A model generated the notes under the pieces. That model was not told the DNA's origin and did not search any database. It saw only the letters and a program-made list of their open reading frames with translations. A program made the position numbers and the translations under genes. This document shows, in pieces, positions 51,338-62,514 of a stretch of DNA of 64,000 nt; positions within the stretch are counted from its first letter, which is position 1; every line of letters starts with the position of its first letter. Source of the DNA: an uncultured Verrucomicrobiae bacterium (GTDB lineage: Bacteria > Verrucomicrobiota > Verrucomicrobiia > Chthoniobacterales > JAFAMB01); contig CAWIPH010000002.1 in the NCBI GenBank assembly GCA_963837955.1, forward strand, positions 3,296,001 through 3,360,000, in the 5' to 3' direction.

Positions 51338-52366
51338 TTAAGTCCGGCCTTTGGATAACGATCGGAAAAACCGTAACAATCTACGCGGAGCATCTCCACT
51401 TGAGAAGAATACCGCGATCAGAATCACCAATCCCTTAATCACAAGCTGAGGCTGCGATTGGATTCCCATAAGGTTCATGATGTTCAGAATAGTCGCGATG
51501 ATGAGCCCTCCGATTACAGATCGAATTGGATCACCGCTGCCACCAAACAAGGAAGCGCCGCCGACTACAACCGCGGCAATCGAATCAAGTTCGTACCCGC
51601 GCCCGACCAATGAACTTCCCTCAAGCAGCTGAGAAGCGAGCATTAAGCCGGCCAGACCGGCTAAGACACCGGAGATCGTATACGCGATCAACAGGTCTCG
51701 ATTAATCGGCAGGCCTGACAACCTCGAAGCTTCACGATTGCCGCCGATGGCGTAGAGTTCGCGTCCGAACGTCGTATTGCTCATCACGAAGGCCGCCACC
51801 ACCATAATGACAAGGAAAATGATCACCGGCGTGGGAATAGGGCCGACCATTCCGGCGAAAAATGAAGTAAAGCTGGTGTCCGAGATTTGGATCAATTCGC
51901 CGGTCTGAATGATGTAACTGAACCCCTCCACAATGCTCAGCATGGCCAGCGTCGCGATAAACGGGGTGATTCTTTCGTAAACAACCAATGCTCCGTTGGC
52001 CAGACCCACGGCCGCGCAAATCAGAATGGTTAAGACGATGGCAACTCCGGCCACGTAATGATTCGCTAATGCTATTGCCGCTACGACGGTCGCGAGCGCC
52101 GCTAACGAGCCTACGGAGAGGTCAATCCCCCCTGTCACAATCACAAAGAACTGCCCAACCGCCAATACGGACGTGATTGAAGCCGCGGTAATGATGTTCG
52201 TCAGGTTCCGTATCTTTAGAAAGTAAGGCGATAGGCACGCACCGATTAGAATGATAACCGCGAACACCATGAACAAGTACATCCTGGAAAGGACGCGAAT
52301 CACTCGGTCGGACTTCGGTTGGCTTGCCACAGGAACTTCTTCCGATTTCAGGACTGATTGAGCCAT
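51338..52366 (-). CDS. RbsC-type sugar ABC permease
   Basis: GGIDLSVGS, YAIGGNREASRLSG, YELDSIAAVVVGG. Confidence 0.9.
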   Translation of the reverse strand: MAQSVLKSEEVPVASQPKSDRVIRVLSRMYLFMVFAVIILIGACLSPYFLKIRNLTNIITAASITSVLAVGQFFVIVTGGIDLSVGSLAALATVVAAIALANHYVAGVAIVLTILICAAVGLANGALVVYERITPFIATLAMLSIVEGFSYIIQTGELIQISDTSFTSFFAGMVGPIPTPVIIFLVIMVVAAFVMSNTTFGRELYAIGGNREASRLSGLPINRDLLIAYTISGVLAGLAGLMLASQLLEGSSLVGRGYELDSIAAVVVGGASLFGGSGDPIRSVIGGLIIATILNIMNLMGIQSQPQLVIKGLVILIAVFFSSGDAPRRLLRFFRSLSKGRT

Positions 52367-52391
52367 ATGTCTATCTCGAGGTAACTGGCGG

Positions 52392-53985
52392 CTAATGAAA
52401 TAGGTTCAGCACCGCATCGCCGTGAAGATCGATCTCTTCGTGTGCCAACTCGCCTACCAACCGCCCGCGCGCCAGGACAAGCACCCGGTCGGCCATCATC
52501 ACTTCTGGCAACTCAGAGGTGCACATCAAGACTTGATCCGCCTTGTCGGACAAATTGGCTGAGGAGCTCATAAATTTCCTCCTTTGCCCCAACATCGATT
52601 CCTCGGGTTGGTTCATCCACGATTAAGATTCGGGCCGTGCTGGCGAGCCATTTGGCGAAAACCACTTTCTGCTGGGTTCCTCCGCTCAGCGCACCGACTT
52701 CCTTTTCGGGGACAACGGATCGCATCATCAGCCGGCTGATCATTTCCTGGGCGATGCGACGTTCATTCTTCTTGAACAGAAGGGTGTAGCGGCTGAACGC
52801 AGGCAGACTGGCCAGCGTGATGTTTTGGGTTACGGACATGCAATGGACGAACCCCTGTTCCTTGCGATCTTGGGGCAATAACCCGATACCGTTGCGAATC
52901 GCCTCCCGTGGATTCGGCAACCTTAGCGCGCGCCCGCCGATGGAGATCTCTCCTGCGACCCGTTCTCGGGCTCCAAATAGACACCTGGCCAACTCCGGTT
53001 GACCGCTTCCGACGAGACCGGCAACGCCGAGGACTTCGCCGCGTCGCAAATCAAAACTGATGTCGCGCAAGATTGAGCGATCTTGGAGTCCTCGAACTGA
53101 CAGAAGTGGTTCCGATGCGTCCCCCGTGCCCAGACGCGGTCTCTGGTGAGAATCGTCGAGCGACTGCCCGAGCAGCGAAGTCCTCAAGGCTCGGCCGATC
53201 ATCGCGCGGATAATTTCGGATGGTTTGGTGTCGGGCAGGCTATACGTGCCAACTAGGGCGCCGTCGCGCAACACGCTGACTCTTTCGCACAATTCGTAAA
53301 GCTCTTCCATTCTGTGGGATACATAAATGATCGCCACACCTCGTTCTCGCAGGGTTTTCAGGACTGACAACAGCCGCTTGACGTCAGGCGCCGGGAGTGT
53401 GGCAGTCGGTTCGTCGAGAAGAATCACTTTGGCTTTTCGATGGAGAGCTTTCGCTAATTCAACCGCCTGCTGTTGGGCGATGGCCAAGGAGCCGACTGGC
53501 ACCTCGACGTCCATGGCGAATCCAAGCCAATCCAGCGCTTCCTGAGCCTCACGACGCATCCTTCGCCTGTCAATGGTTAGCCCCTTTAGCGGCAAATCTC
53601 CCATGAAAATGTTCTCAGCCACCGAGAGGCCCGATACGAGGCTGAGTTCTTGATAGATGGTGACAATCCCCGCTTTTTGCGCATCATGCGGTGTATCGAA
53701 GGAGACCGGTGAACCGAGAACACTAATACTGCCGGTGTCCGGTTCTTCAGCGCCAGAGAGGATCCGGATCAACGTCGATTTGCCGGCGCCGTTCTGGCCG
53801 GCAATCGCGTGGGCCTCACCTGAAACAAAGGATAAGCTCACGCCTTGGAGAGCTTTCACGCCGAGGTAAGTCTTTGATACTCCACTTACTTCCAGCGTCG
53901 GTTCGGCTGAACCGCTGCTCACCGGGGTTGCATCGCTAGGTTGAAGGGAAGCTACGCACACACCTCTGGTATCGCTCAAACGCAA
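52392..53985 (-). pseudogene. Sugar ABC ATPase, frameshifted near 52540
   Basis: GQNGAGKST and [10 protein letters not shown]; the C-terminal VLMCTSELPEV..DRVLV is in another frame. Confidence 0.8.
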
Positions 53986-54038
53986 ATTAACCGAGAAGGA
54001 AAGCAGGCCCTCCTTCTCGGTTCCCCATCGGAAAATTC

Positions 54039-55068
54039 TTACGGAGCAGATTGAACGTAACTCTTATCCGGCCGGTAATAGCTTTTGGCGTTCGCCGGTG
54101 TGACTAGTACCGTATCAATGTAGTTTACGCCGCCCTTGCAAGCAGTCTTGTCCCCCTTGACCGCGGCTACGATCATTTGCATTGCGGTGATGCCTTGGTC
54201 CCAAGGCTGATTGGACGCATCGCAACGGATGGGGCCGTCGGGATTGTCCATCATTTCTTTGATCGTGCTCATCTGGCCGTCATACGTCGCTTCGAGAATA
54301 TCGTTCCAGATACCTGCCTGCTTCAGGCCCTGCTCAATCCCCGCCTGCATCACGTCGCTCTCGCTGTATACAACCTTCAAATCCGGGTTCGCTGTGGCGA
54401 TATCCCGCATCGGTCCGAGCGCCTGATCCGGTAGCCAATGTCCGTATCGCATTGGTAATACGGTCGTCTTCGGTCCCGGATGATCCTTAAAGTATTCGTC
54501 GTACGCCTGAAGAAACCCGGTCTTGCGCAGGTCAGAAATCACATCGCCGGGATATCCTCCGATAATCGCCAATTTGATAGAATCGGTTGGCTTAAACTTT
54601 TTGGCGACCTCTTCCGCGATGCCTTTGCCTGCCTTAGCCCCCGTCGCAACTTGATCCTCTGCCACGTAACAAAAAGTGTCGGGAGCTGAGAGAGGGTTTC
54701 CAAATTGCTATTGACCTCAGCCAACGGAATACCCGCTTTTTTTAACGCCAGCACCGACGCGGAAACGCCGCGGGGATCATTAGCGTTCATAATCACGCCG
54801 TCGACGCCTTTCGTAATCAACGTTTCCACATCGGAGTTCTGGCGAACAGTATCGCCGCCGGCGTCGAGGACCTCAACTTTTACGCCCAGTTTCTCACCTT
54901 CGCTGGTAACGCCCGCGATCAGTGTTTTCCACCAGTCACTGCCCGCAACCCGACGTTGCGAATAACCGATTACGATCTGTTTTTGATCGGCTCCTTTTGC
55001 GATATGGCCGGCCACAGTGGACAGGCCTGCGACCACGCCACTGACGGCAAGGAGAAACGCCGGTTCAT
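54039..55068 (-). pseudogene. Sugar ABC substrate-binding protein, two frameshifts
   Basis: GGAGGTG RBS and ATG at 55068 (MNRR-FLL); shifts at ~55057 and ~54680 join ORFs 54539-55036 and 54039-54665. Confidence 0.75.
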
Positions 55069-55204
55069 TGGCTCACCTCCCATCCGTTTCTGGAGTCTCT
55101 ACTGGTTCTGCTGGGGAGGATCGTAGCGATGGGGATACCGGAGTTAAGGGGGGCTTTCATGGTCGCTAGTTATCACCGCACCGTTTTCGTAAGTCAACAA
55201 ATTT

Positions 55205-55216
55205 GTTATCGCTAAC
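55205..55216. promoter_or_regulatory. LacI-type operator candidate
   Basis: GTTATCGCTAAC between the divergent ABC and hydrolase operons; related GTTAGCGAATA at 60041. Confidence 0.45.
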
Positions 55217-55416
55217 TTGAGCTAAATAGCCGTCTCTTTGTGCGAATATATTGCTATTTCATGATGCAATTTTGATCTCTAAATGAGTGATAGATCCGCA
55301 TAAATAATGTTACATGTATGCGATGATCTCGCAGGTTGACCTACTCGCTTGCACTTACTATCTTCAAAACAGTCGATTGACATGCCACGATGTTGTCGAT
55401 AACAATATTGCTTTGT

Positions 55417-56503
55417 ATGATTGAACCCTATTCAATTGTCGGTCTTTCTCCCCGGACCTTCACCATCGAGAAGCGCGAAGAAGCGCTCGAGAACGTGAAG
55501 CGAATTTGCAGATTTATGGACAACGCTTGCATGGTGGGCGCTTGGGAACGTTTACCTGTTCGGCTGATTGTTATCCCGGAAATGGCCATCCAAGGCCTAA
55601 TCGCAAACATCCCCGGAAACTGGGTAATCGAGGCGAAGTTCGCCACAGAAATCCCTGGACATGAGACTGAGGAACTCGGCTGAAAGCCAGGGAAATTAAC
55701 TCTTATATCGCCACAGAACTTTACATGGTGCGCGACAACGATTTTTCCGACCGCTATTACAACGTTGGGTTCATCGTTAGTCCAAAGGGCGAGGTAGTTT
55801 ACAAACGGTATAAGGCAACCCAAGACGCCTACGAAGGCGGGATGCTCGGCAACTCAAATCCGCACGACGTTTGGGACCAATGGATTGAGAAGAAGGGAAA
55901 AGGCTATGTGATGGAAGCGATTTATCCTGTTGCTAGGCTAGAAATCGGCAACATCGGCATCTGTATTTGTTACGAAGGTGTATATCCGGAGGTTGTGCGT
56001 GGGTTGCCATGAACGGCGCTGAGATCATCATTCGCTCGACTCTGATCGAACCCCATGTTATGAACTGCTGTGAAAACTCGAGAACCGGGCTCACGCAATG
56101 TTTAACCAGGTGTATGTCGTTGCGCCGAACCTCGGTTCGCAGATCCAGAAGGATGGCAGCGTGATCGATCTATTTGGTGGGCAGTCAATGATCGTTAACA
56201 ATTGCGGCACGATTGTGGCCAAGCAGGCAGGTTGGACACCCGGTGATTGCTTTGTTAATACGGTGATTGACATGGAGTCGTTGCGAAAGATTCGCACCGC
56301 TAACGGACTCTACAATCAGTTCAAGGATCTGCGCACCGAGCAATACGCAGCGATTTATTCGCGGCCGATTACCGAAGAACCAGTACCTCAAGGAGCCCCC
56401 TAAAGAAGGCTGGCTTCGCGAAGGCTGAAACTCGCGGCAAAGCGCTTCAGGAACTAGTGAAGCGCGGGGTTTTGTTACTCTGCCAGACGGAAATTCGCAT
56501 TAA
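55417..56503 (+). pseudogene. Carbon-nitrogen hydrolase (nitrilase/amidase), fragmented
   Basis: Triad motifs IPE, RYK and ICYEG split across ORFs 55390, 55725, 55967 and 56098; end approximate. Confidence 0.7.
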
Positions 56504-56521
56504 CCGGCGAGAGGTACGATC

Positions 56522-57182
56522 ATGCCAAAGAGACAGCTCGCAATCTTCGTCGGATCTCGACGCGCTTACCTATTTTAACGACTTTCAAGCCAGAACCGTC
56601 GAAGCCATCGCTGAACGGATCATCCCAGGGGATAAGGTTCACGGGGGTGCGGCCCAGGCTGGAGTCGTTTTCATATCGACCGGGCAATCAGCTGGTTTCA
56701 GCACCGGGCTCCAACGTGTTTACCGGCTCGGGCTACGCGAATTGGAACGTTTCTGCGAACGGCAATTTTCCTCGCAATTCGTGGAATTGACTGAGCAGCA
56801 ACAGAATCAAGTTATCCAGTGGTTTCTCGGAGATGAGGTCGGAGGAGGCAATAAATTGGACCGTACCCAATCTCCATTTCGAGAGATGGCAGAGAATGAA
56901 GGAACAGCAGAAGGAATCGAACTGGCTTTGCTTCATTCGATGTTCGCGGTGATCCGTGAACACACGGTCGAAGGATATTTCTGTGATCCGATTTACGGCG
57001 GGAATCGCGGCGCAGTCGGTTGGCGGTTAGTCGGATTCCCCGGAGTCCAATGGGGTTACACCGCCCAGCAAATGAAGCCCGGATTCGATGCCAGGCAGAT
57101 TCCGATCAAGACGCTGGCCGATCTCCGGCGCGAATTGAACAACCTACCCGATAACGCCCAATACGGGATCCAACGAAAGTAA
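56522..57182 (+). pseudogene. Gluconate 2-dehydrogenase subunit 3-family protein with indels
   Basis: ERIIP, GAAQAGV, HTVEGYFCDPIYGGNR..GWRLVGFPG; the RBS-preceded ATG at 56522 is out of frame with the body. Confidence 0.7.
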
Positions 57183-57186
57183 TCGA

Positions 57187-58897
57187 ATGCCTCCAAAAAA
57201 AATCGACGCTATCGTAGTCGGCGCAGGGGTCTTCCGGGGCGATCGTTGCATCAGAACTGGCCCAGAACGGGGTAAAAGTCGTCTGCTTCGACAAAGGGCC
57301 TCGCTACACGGATGAGGACTTTCGTCTGAAGTACGACGAGATTTGTTATTATGCGCGAGGAGCCATCGTCCCGCACATGACCACGGATCCAATGACGTGG
57401 CGCGAGGGCAGCAAAGGCTCGGCCACGATTCTACCGTGGGTTTCCGGGCCGCTCGGAACCGCGAACCCGTTGCATTTACCGCCCTCGTTAGGTACGGGAG
57501 GCGGTTCCATTCACTGGGGAGGCGCCTGTTGGCGTTTTCGCGAGAGCGAATTCCGCATGAAAACCCTGATCGAAGAGCGACTGGGCAAAAAGGCGCTTCC
57601 TGAGAATCACACGCTCGTCGACTGGCCGATTAGCTATAAAGATCTGGAGCCGTACTACGACCGAGTAGAATGGGAACTGGGGATCTCCGGTCGCGGCAGC
57701 AATATCTCCGGCCACGGCGACAAGGGAGATAACCCATGGGAAGCCCCGCGTCGTCGGGATTATCCGATGCCTCCTTTGCGCGCAGGTCCCTCTGATCAAC
57801 GGTTCGCCGACGCTTGTACCCGGCTCGGATTTCATCCGTTTCGGACCGCAACGGCCATTGCCTCAGTGCCATTCAAAGGCCGGTCCGGCTGCACTTACTG
57901 CGGGTTTTGCCACGGCTATCCCTGTCATGTGAACGCTAAGACATCCACGCATGTGGCCGCGCTTCCGGGTGGACTGGCTAGTGGCAACCTGGAGATCCGC
58001 GATTACAGCCGGGTCTACAAAGTCAACCTTTCGAACGATGGGCGTCTCGCGCTCGGAGTATCGTACTTCGATTCACAGGGCCGTTCAATCGACGTCGAGG
58101 CCGAACAAGTTGTGTTGGCCTGTTATTCGCTGGAAAACGCGCGCTTGATGTTGGCTTCCGGGATTAACCGAAATGGTCAAGTTGGGAAGCACTACATGAC
58201 GCATGCGTTCGGCTTCTTTATGGGGTTGACGCCGCAGTCTTCGAACCCGTTCATGGGCCCGCTGGTAGCGTCCACCGCTATCGAGGATTTTAGCGGAGAA
58301 CTGGTGCACGACTATGACGAAAGTGTTCTCTGGGGCGCACCCATCATTAGCTGGCCCGGCGATTTTCAGCCGATCGAAATTGTGCATGCCATGCCCGCTA
58401 ATGCGCCTCGATGGGGAGCCAGCTTCCGAGATTGGATGCGGGATAATTACACCCGAATCTGGGCGATGTATTCGCAGACAGCCAACATCCCAACTCATGA
58501 GACCTACGTTGATTTGGATCCGCACCACAAAGATCGGTACGGCCAACCGGCGCTCCGAATGACTCATGGCTGGGGGGAGGTGGACAAGCGCGGGGTCGAG
58601 TTTCTGCTCAAGCAAAAACGGAAAATTGCGCAGGAGATGAACCTAACAACTTGGTGGGAAGAAACCACTAGTCCCGAATATCATCTCTCCACGCATGAAG
58701 TTGGCACGCATCGCATGGGAGAGGACCCGGCGGCCTCGGTGGTCGACATCTTTGGCCGTTCACACGAATGCAAAAACCTGTTTGTGATCGGTGGGGGACA
58801 ATTCCCCAGCTATCACGGGTACAATCCTACCCAGACCATTCAAGCGCTGGCATACATGACCGTTGATCATTTGCTTGGGCGCCCGTTTAGCCGCTGA
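57187..58897 (+). pseudogene. GMC-family flavoprotein (gluconate 2-dehydrogenase-like), frameshift near 57230
   Basis: MPPKKIDAIVVGAG start is out of frame with the body (GGGSIHWGG, DWPISY, CTYCGFC..YPC, THEVGTHRMG, NPTQT). Confidence 0.8.
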
Positions 58898-58932
58898 CTG
58901 AGCTGTGATTTGAAGAGCGTCTCACCCGAATC

Positions 58933-59970
58933 ATGAAAATGACCAAACAGCCTGCTGACCCGCCAAGCCAGCGACGGAACCCGCGAATGGTGGATGTCGC
59001 GAAACTGGCAGGTGTCTCCCACCAGACTGTTTCTCGGGTGCTGAACGGTAATCCGAATGTTAGTAGCGAGTTAATCGAGCGGGTTGAACGCGCGGTCCAG
59101 CAGTTAGGTTATCGGCGAAACACCGCGGCTCGAGCGTTATCGACAGGACGATCAATGAATCTGGGCATCGTCAGCTTCGATATTTGGCAGTACGGTCCGA
59201 CCCACGTGTTGTTCGGTATCGCCGACGCCGCCCGCCAAGCCGGTTACGCTACCAGCCTGGTTAGTCTTGGAAACAATGATTCCAAGAGCGCTCGCGCCGC
59301 CATTGATCATCTGATAGCGAATAGCGTCGACGGCATCATCGTCATCGCGCCGGTCGAAGGCGCCAGGGCGGCCGTCCAGGCAGTTCCTCCCGAAGTCCCC
59401 CTGGTGATGTTCCAACCAAGCGTTGTAACCGGCGCGGCCAGCGTCGCTATCGATGAGGTGCTCGGAGCCCGTCTGGCAACCAGACATTTGTTAAATCTCG
59501 GACACAAATCAGTCTGGCACGTGAGCGGCCCGGAAGGTTGGCTTGGCACCGATGCCCGCATCCGTGGTTGGCGAGAAGAACTGACTGCAGCGCGTTCCGT
59601 CGCCCACAAAATTATTGCCGGCGATTGGAGCTCTGCATCTGGTTACCGGGCAGGGCTCGAGATCGTTCGTGATCGCGAAATCACCGCCGTTTTCGTCGCG
59701 AATGATCAAATGGCTTTGGGCGTCCTGCAAGCGCTGCAACAGAATGGATTACGTGTACCTGGCGATGTGAGCATCATCGGATTCGACGACATCCCGGAAG
59801 CCGCCTACTTCCTACCTTCGCTCACCACCGTTCGGTTAGATTTCACGGCATTAGGAAGACGTTGTGTCGAGCATCTTCTGGCCAAAATCCGAGGTTCACC
59901 GCTTTCCCCCACTTCAGCCCTTGAACCGCAAGTGTTGGTGAGAGCCAGCACGGGAGCGCCCCCAGCCTAA
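58933..59970 (+). CDS. LacI-family transcriptional regulator
   Basis: MVDVAKLAGVSHQTVSRV, ANDQMALG, GFDD, LVRAS. Confidence 0.9.
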   Translation: MKMTKQPADPPSQRRNPRMVDVAKLAGVSHQTVSRVLNGNPNVSSELIERVERAVQQLGYRRNTAARALSTGRSMNLGIVSFDIWQYGPTHVLFGIADAARQAGYATSLVSLGNNDSKSARAAIDHLIANSVDGIIVIAPVEGARAAVQAVPPEVPLVMFQPSVVTGAASVAIDEVLGARLATRHLLNLGHKSVWHVSGPEGWLGTDARIRGWREELTAARSVAHKIIAGDWSSASGYRAGLEIVRDREITAVFVANDQMALGVLQALQQNGLRVPGDVSIIGFDDIPEAAYFLPSLTTVRLDFTALGRRCVEHLLAKIRGSPLSPTSALEPQVLVRASTGAPPA

Positions 59971-60061
59971 CTAAATCCCCTCCCCTGTTGCGCGTATGCG
60001 TTACGTGTAACGAATCATATAAACAACATATCATAAGATAGTTAGCGAATAGAGGAACTCC

Positions 60062-61000
60062 ATGATACCACGTCCATTCGGGAGCACCGGTTTATCGGTG
60101 ACTCCACTCTGCATTGGCACGAGCGCGTTGGGTAATTTTCCTGCGCAGTACGGATATGAGGTAAGCGATGAGCGCGCCGCTGCAACCTTGCGCCGGGTCT
60201 TCCAAGGACCGATTAACTTCATCGATACATCCAATGAATACGGCGGGGGCGAGAGCGAGCGCCGCATCGGTCGAGTACTAAAGCAGTTGGGAGGCATCCC
60301 GACCGGTTTCGTGCTCGCCACTAAGGTCGACCCTTTGCCCGGCAGCCGCGACTTTTCCGGCGCTCGCATCCGCGCGTCTGTGGCCGAGAGTCTTCAACGC
60401 CTGGGTCTGGACCAGTTACAAGTCGTCTATCTGCACGATCCTGAGAAGATAACATTCGCCGAGGCGATGGCGCCCGGGGGCGCCGTTGAAGCTCTGATCC
60501 GGCTGCGCGACGAAGGAATAATCAAATATCTCGGAGTAGCCGGTGGCCCCATTGACCTGATGCTCCAGTACGTCGGTACCGGAGCATTCGAGACGGTCAT
60601 CAGCCACAATCGTTACACCCTAGTCGATCAGTCAGCTGAACCCTTATTGACCGCGACCTTTCAGCGGGGCATCGCGTTTGTGAACGCCGCGCCGTACGGA
60701 GGAGGAATGCTGGTCAAAGGTCCCAGCCTAGTGCCCGAAGTATTGTTACCAGCCAGCAAGTGTCGAGACGTTAGTCCGGGTCCACAAGATGCAGCTGATC
60801 TGTCAGTCGAATACGTGCCTTTGGCAGCGGCGGCGCTTCAGTTCTCTCTTCGCGAGAAGCGGATCGTCTCAACCATTGTCGGTATCACCGAGCCTGAACG
60901 CGTTGAACAAACGCTTCAACTGGCAGCATGGCCGATCCCCGAAAGTGTCTGGCAGGATTTAGAACCTTTGATTGTAGCCGGCAAAGCCGGCGTCCTGTGA
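60062..61000 (+). CDS. Aldo/keto reductase (apparent compensating indels ~60737-60815)
   Basis: IDTSNEYG, ATKVD, YLHDP, SHNRYTL, AALQFS. Confidence 0.8.
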   Translation: MIPRPFGSTGLSVTPLCIGTSALGNFPAQYGYEVSDERAAATLRRVFQGPINFIDTSNEYGGGESERRIGRVLKQLGGIPTGFVLATKVDPLPGSRDFSGARIRASVAESLQRLGLDQLQVVYLHDPEKITFAEAMAPGGAVEALIRLRDEGIIKYLGVAGGPIDLMLQYVGTGAFETVISHNRYTLVDQSAEPLLTATFQRGIAFVNAAPYGGGMLVKGPSLVPEVLLPASKCRDVSPGPQDAADLSVEYVPLAAAALQFSLREKRIVSTIVGITEPERVEQTLQLAAWPIPESVWQDLEPLIVAGKAGVL

Positions 61001-61122
61001 GGTCGGGTTCTGTAGGGGTCACGTCTTTAACAATATTTTGTAAAAATGTTGCTGTGCTCGGAGAGCGTGATAACGATGCGACCCTCATTTTTTAGGGCGA
61101 CGGCATTATTCTCTAGAGGAAA

Positions 61123-61162
61123 GCGTACGGGACTCGAACCCGTGCACCGGCCTTGAGAGGGC
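61123..61162 (-). repeat. 40-bp exact direct repeat of the tRNA-Glu core (att-like site)
   Basis: GCGTACGGGACTCGAACCCGTGCACCGGCCTTGAGAGGGC is identical to 47075-47114. Confidence 0.9.
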
Positions 61163-61487
61163 GAGCGTTTTTAGAGGGAGAGCCTGCGTCGTACCGTTGA
61201 TTTACCGTATTTGGAACCTATCTGCGACCCTTGCCAGCGTTTCATAGAGCCCTCATTATCGACTTTAATGCCCAGAAGCAAATCTCCGTTCACTAAAGGG
61301 CAAAGAGCGAGAGCTTTGGCGGCTGTCGCGCTCTGACGGGTGCGGAATGGCTCTCTGGCTGTGCGTGAGGGCTCGATTCCTGATTCTGGTCGGGAGTTAA
61401 CTCAATTCTGTTGGCAGAGGAAACCACAACAGGTAGCCCCCGCATTACCTTACTTGTCCATTATGTTGTGGTACTAGTCCAATTCTT

Positions 61488-62003
61488 ATGGATAACACAA
61501 ATTCAAGAATTATTGGTACAGAGCTTTACTTACGGCCACGATCAGAACTATTTGCCTACGCGGGAGTCACACTAGACGATGACGAATGGCGGTTAGATCT
61601 CTGGCTCTACCATAGACCCCCACAATCAGATTTTGGAATCTTGATCCATTTCGGAGGAATCGAAAATCAAGACTTCCAGCACAGAGAGCAAAATCAAACC
61701 GATGCCAGCTGGAATTCGGAAACTGGCTTTATTCAGCGCCAGGGTAGCAACATTAGCCTGTTTCCAGTCGGCGAGATTAGTCCGGAGCTAAAAGAAACAT
61801 TCCTTATTAAGGAGTTTAGATCTGAAATCCTGGATGCCATTCAACAGAAAAACTGGAAGGCATTGCATTGGTTAAAGCAGCATGGCGTCGCGATTTCTCG
61901 GTCCACCGTAATTAATTTGGGTAGTGCTCGTCCGGAATTAGCATTTCTGCCGGCCATTCCTTTTGAGCAACTTGGACTCGATACCGTCTACGCGCCTGTC
62001 TAG
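61488..62003 (+). CDS. Hypothetical protein
   Basis: 171-aa ORF with lower GC and no recognised motif. Confidence 0.5.
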   Translation: MDNTNSRIIGTELYLRPRSELFAYAGVTLDDDEWRLDLWLYHRPPQSDFGILIHFGGIENQDFQHREQNQTDASWNSETGFIQRQGSNISLFPVGEISPELKETFLIKEFRSEILDAIQQKNWKALHWLKQHGVAISRSTVINLGSARPELAFLPAIPFEQLGLDTVYAPV

Positions 62004-62014
62004 ACTCCTGACTT

Positions 62015-62212
62015 ATGACGGAAACAGAACAGGCAACGATAAAAAGATTAGAGAAGGTCGAGAAAGCGATCAAGGCGCTGAAACAGACTCTATACAGCTT
62101 ATCAACCTCTCGGCGTAATTTTGAAATACGTCATACTCATAATGCCAATGAAAGATTAGAGGCCCTTGAAGAACAGATTGATATTATAGCCCGCGCCTAC
62201 GACCGGCTCTGA
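62015..62212 (+). CDS. Small coiled-coil hypothetical protein
   Basis: 65 aa with heptad pattern, 11 nt after the previous stop. Confidence 0.45.
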   Translation: MTETEQATIKRLEKVEKAIKALKQTLYSLSTSRRNFEIRHTHNANERLEALEEQIDIIARAYDRL

Positions 62213-62514
62213 ATTCCATGAACGAGACCGACTTAATGAATCTAAAACATGATGTCGACCGACACGAAGAGGCGGTAATCGAGATGCAAATGCAATCGTG
62301 TCATTGAAGGCTGATTTGAAAGAGCTGCTGAAACTTGTGCAGCTTCTGGATGCTTCGACAGAAAAACTTACTTTCGGAACCGAGCAGGAAAAAGCAGCTT
62401 AAGGACTCCCGCGGTCGGCTCAGAGCACCAGGCGAAGCGATAAATTTTGCACAGACCTTATAAACGGGTGTTAGCTAATCCTCTATCCGCATTTGTAGCC
62501 TGCCTATGTAGGTC

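Noticed and set aside
53991..54020. Hairpin CCGAGAAGGA..TCCTTCTCGG as a terminator
   Set aside because: Only a weak U-tract, inside an operon after the SBP gene; more likely an ordinary mRNA-stabilising stem
61123..61162. Second functional tRNA-Glu
   Set aside because: No D arm, no 5' acceptor strand and no 3' end
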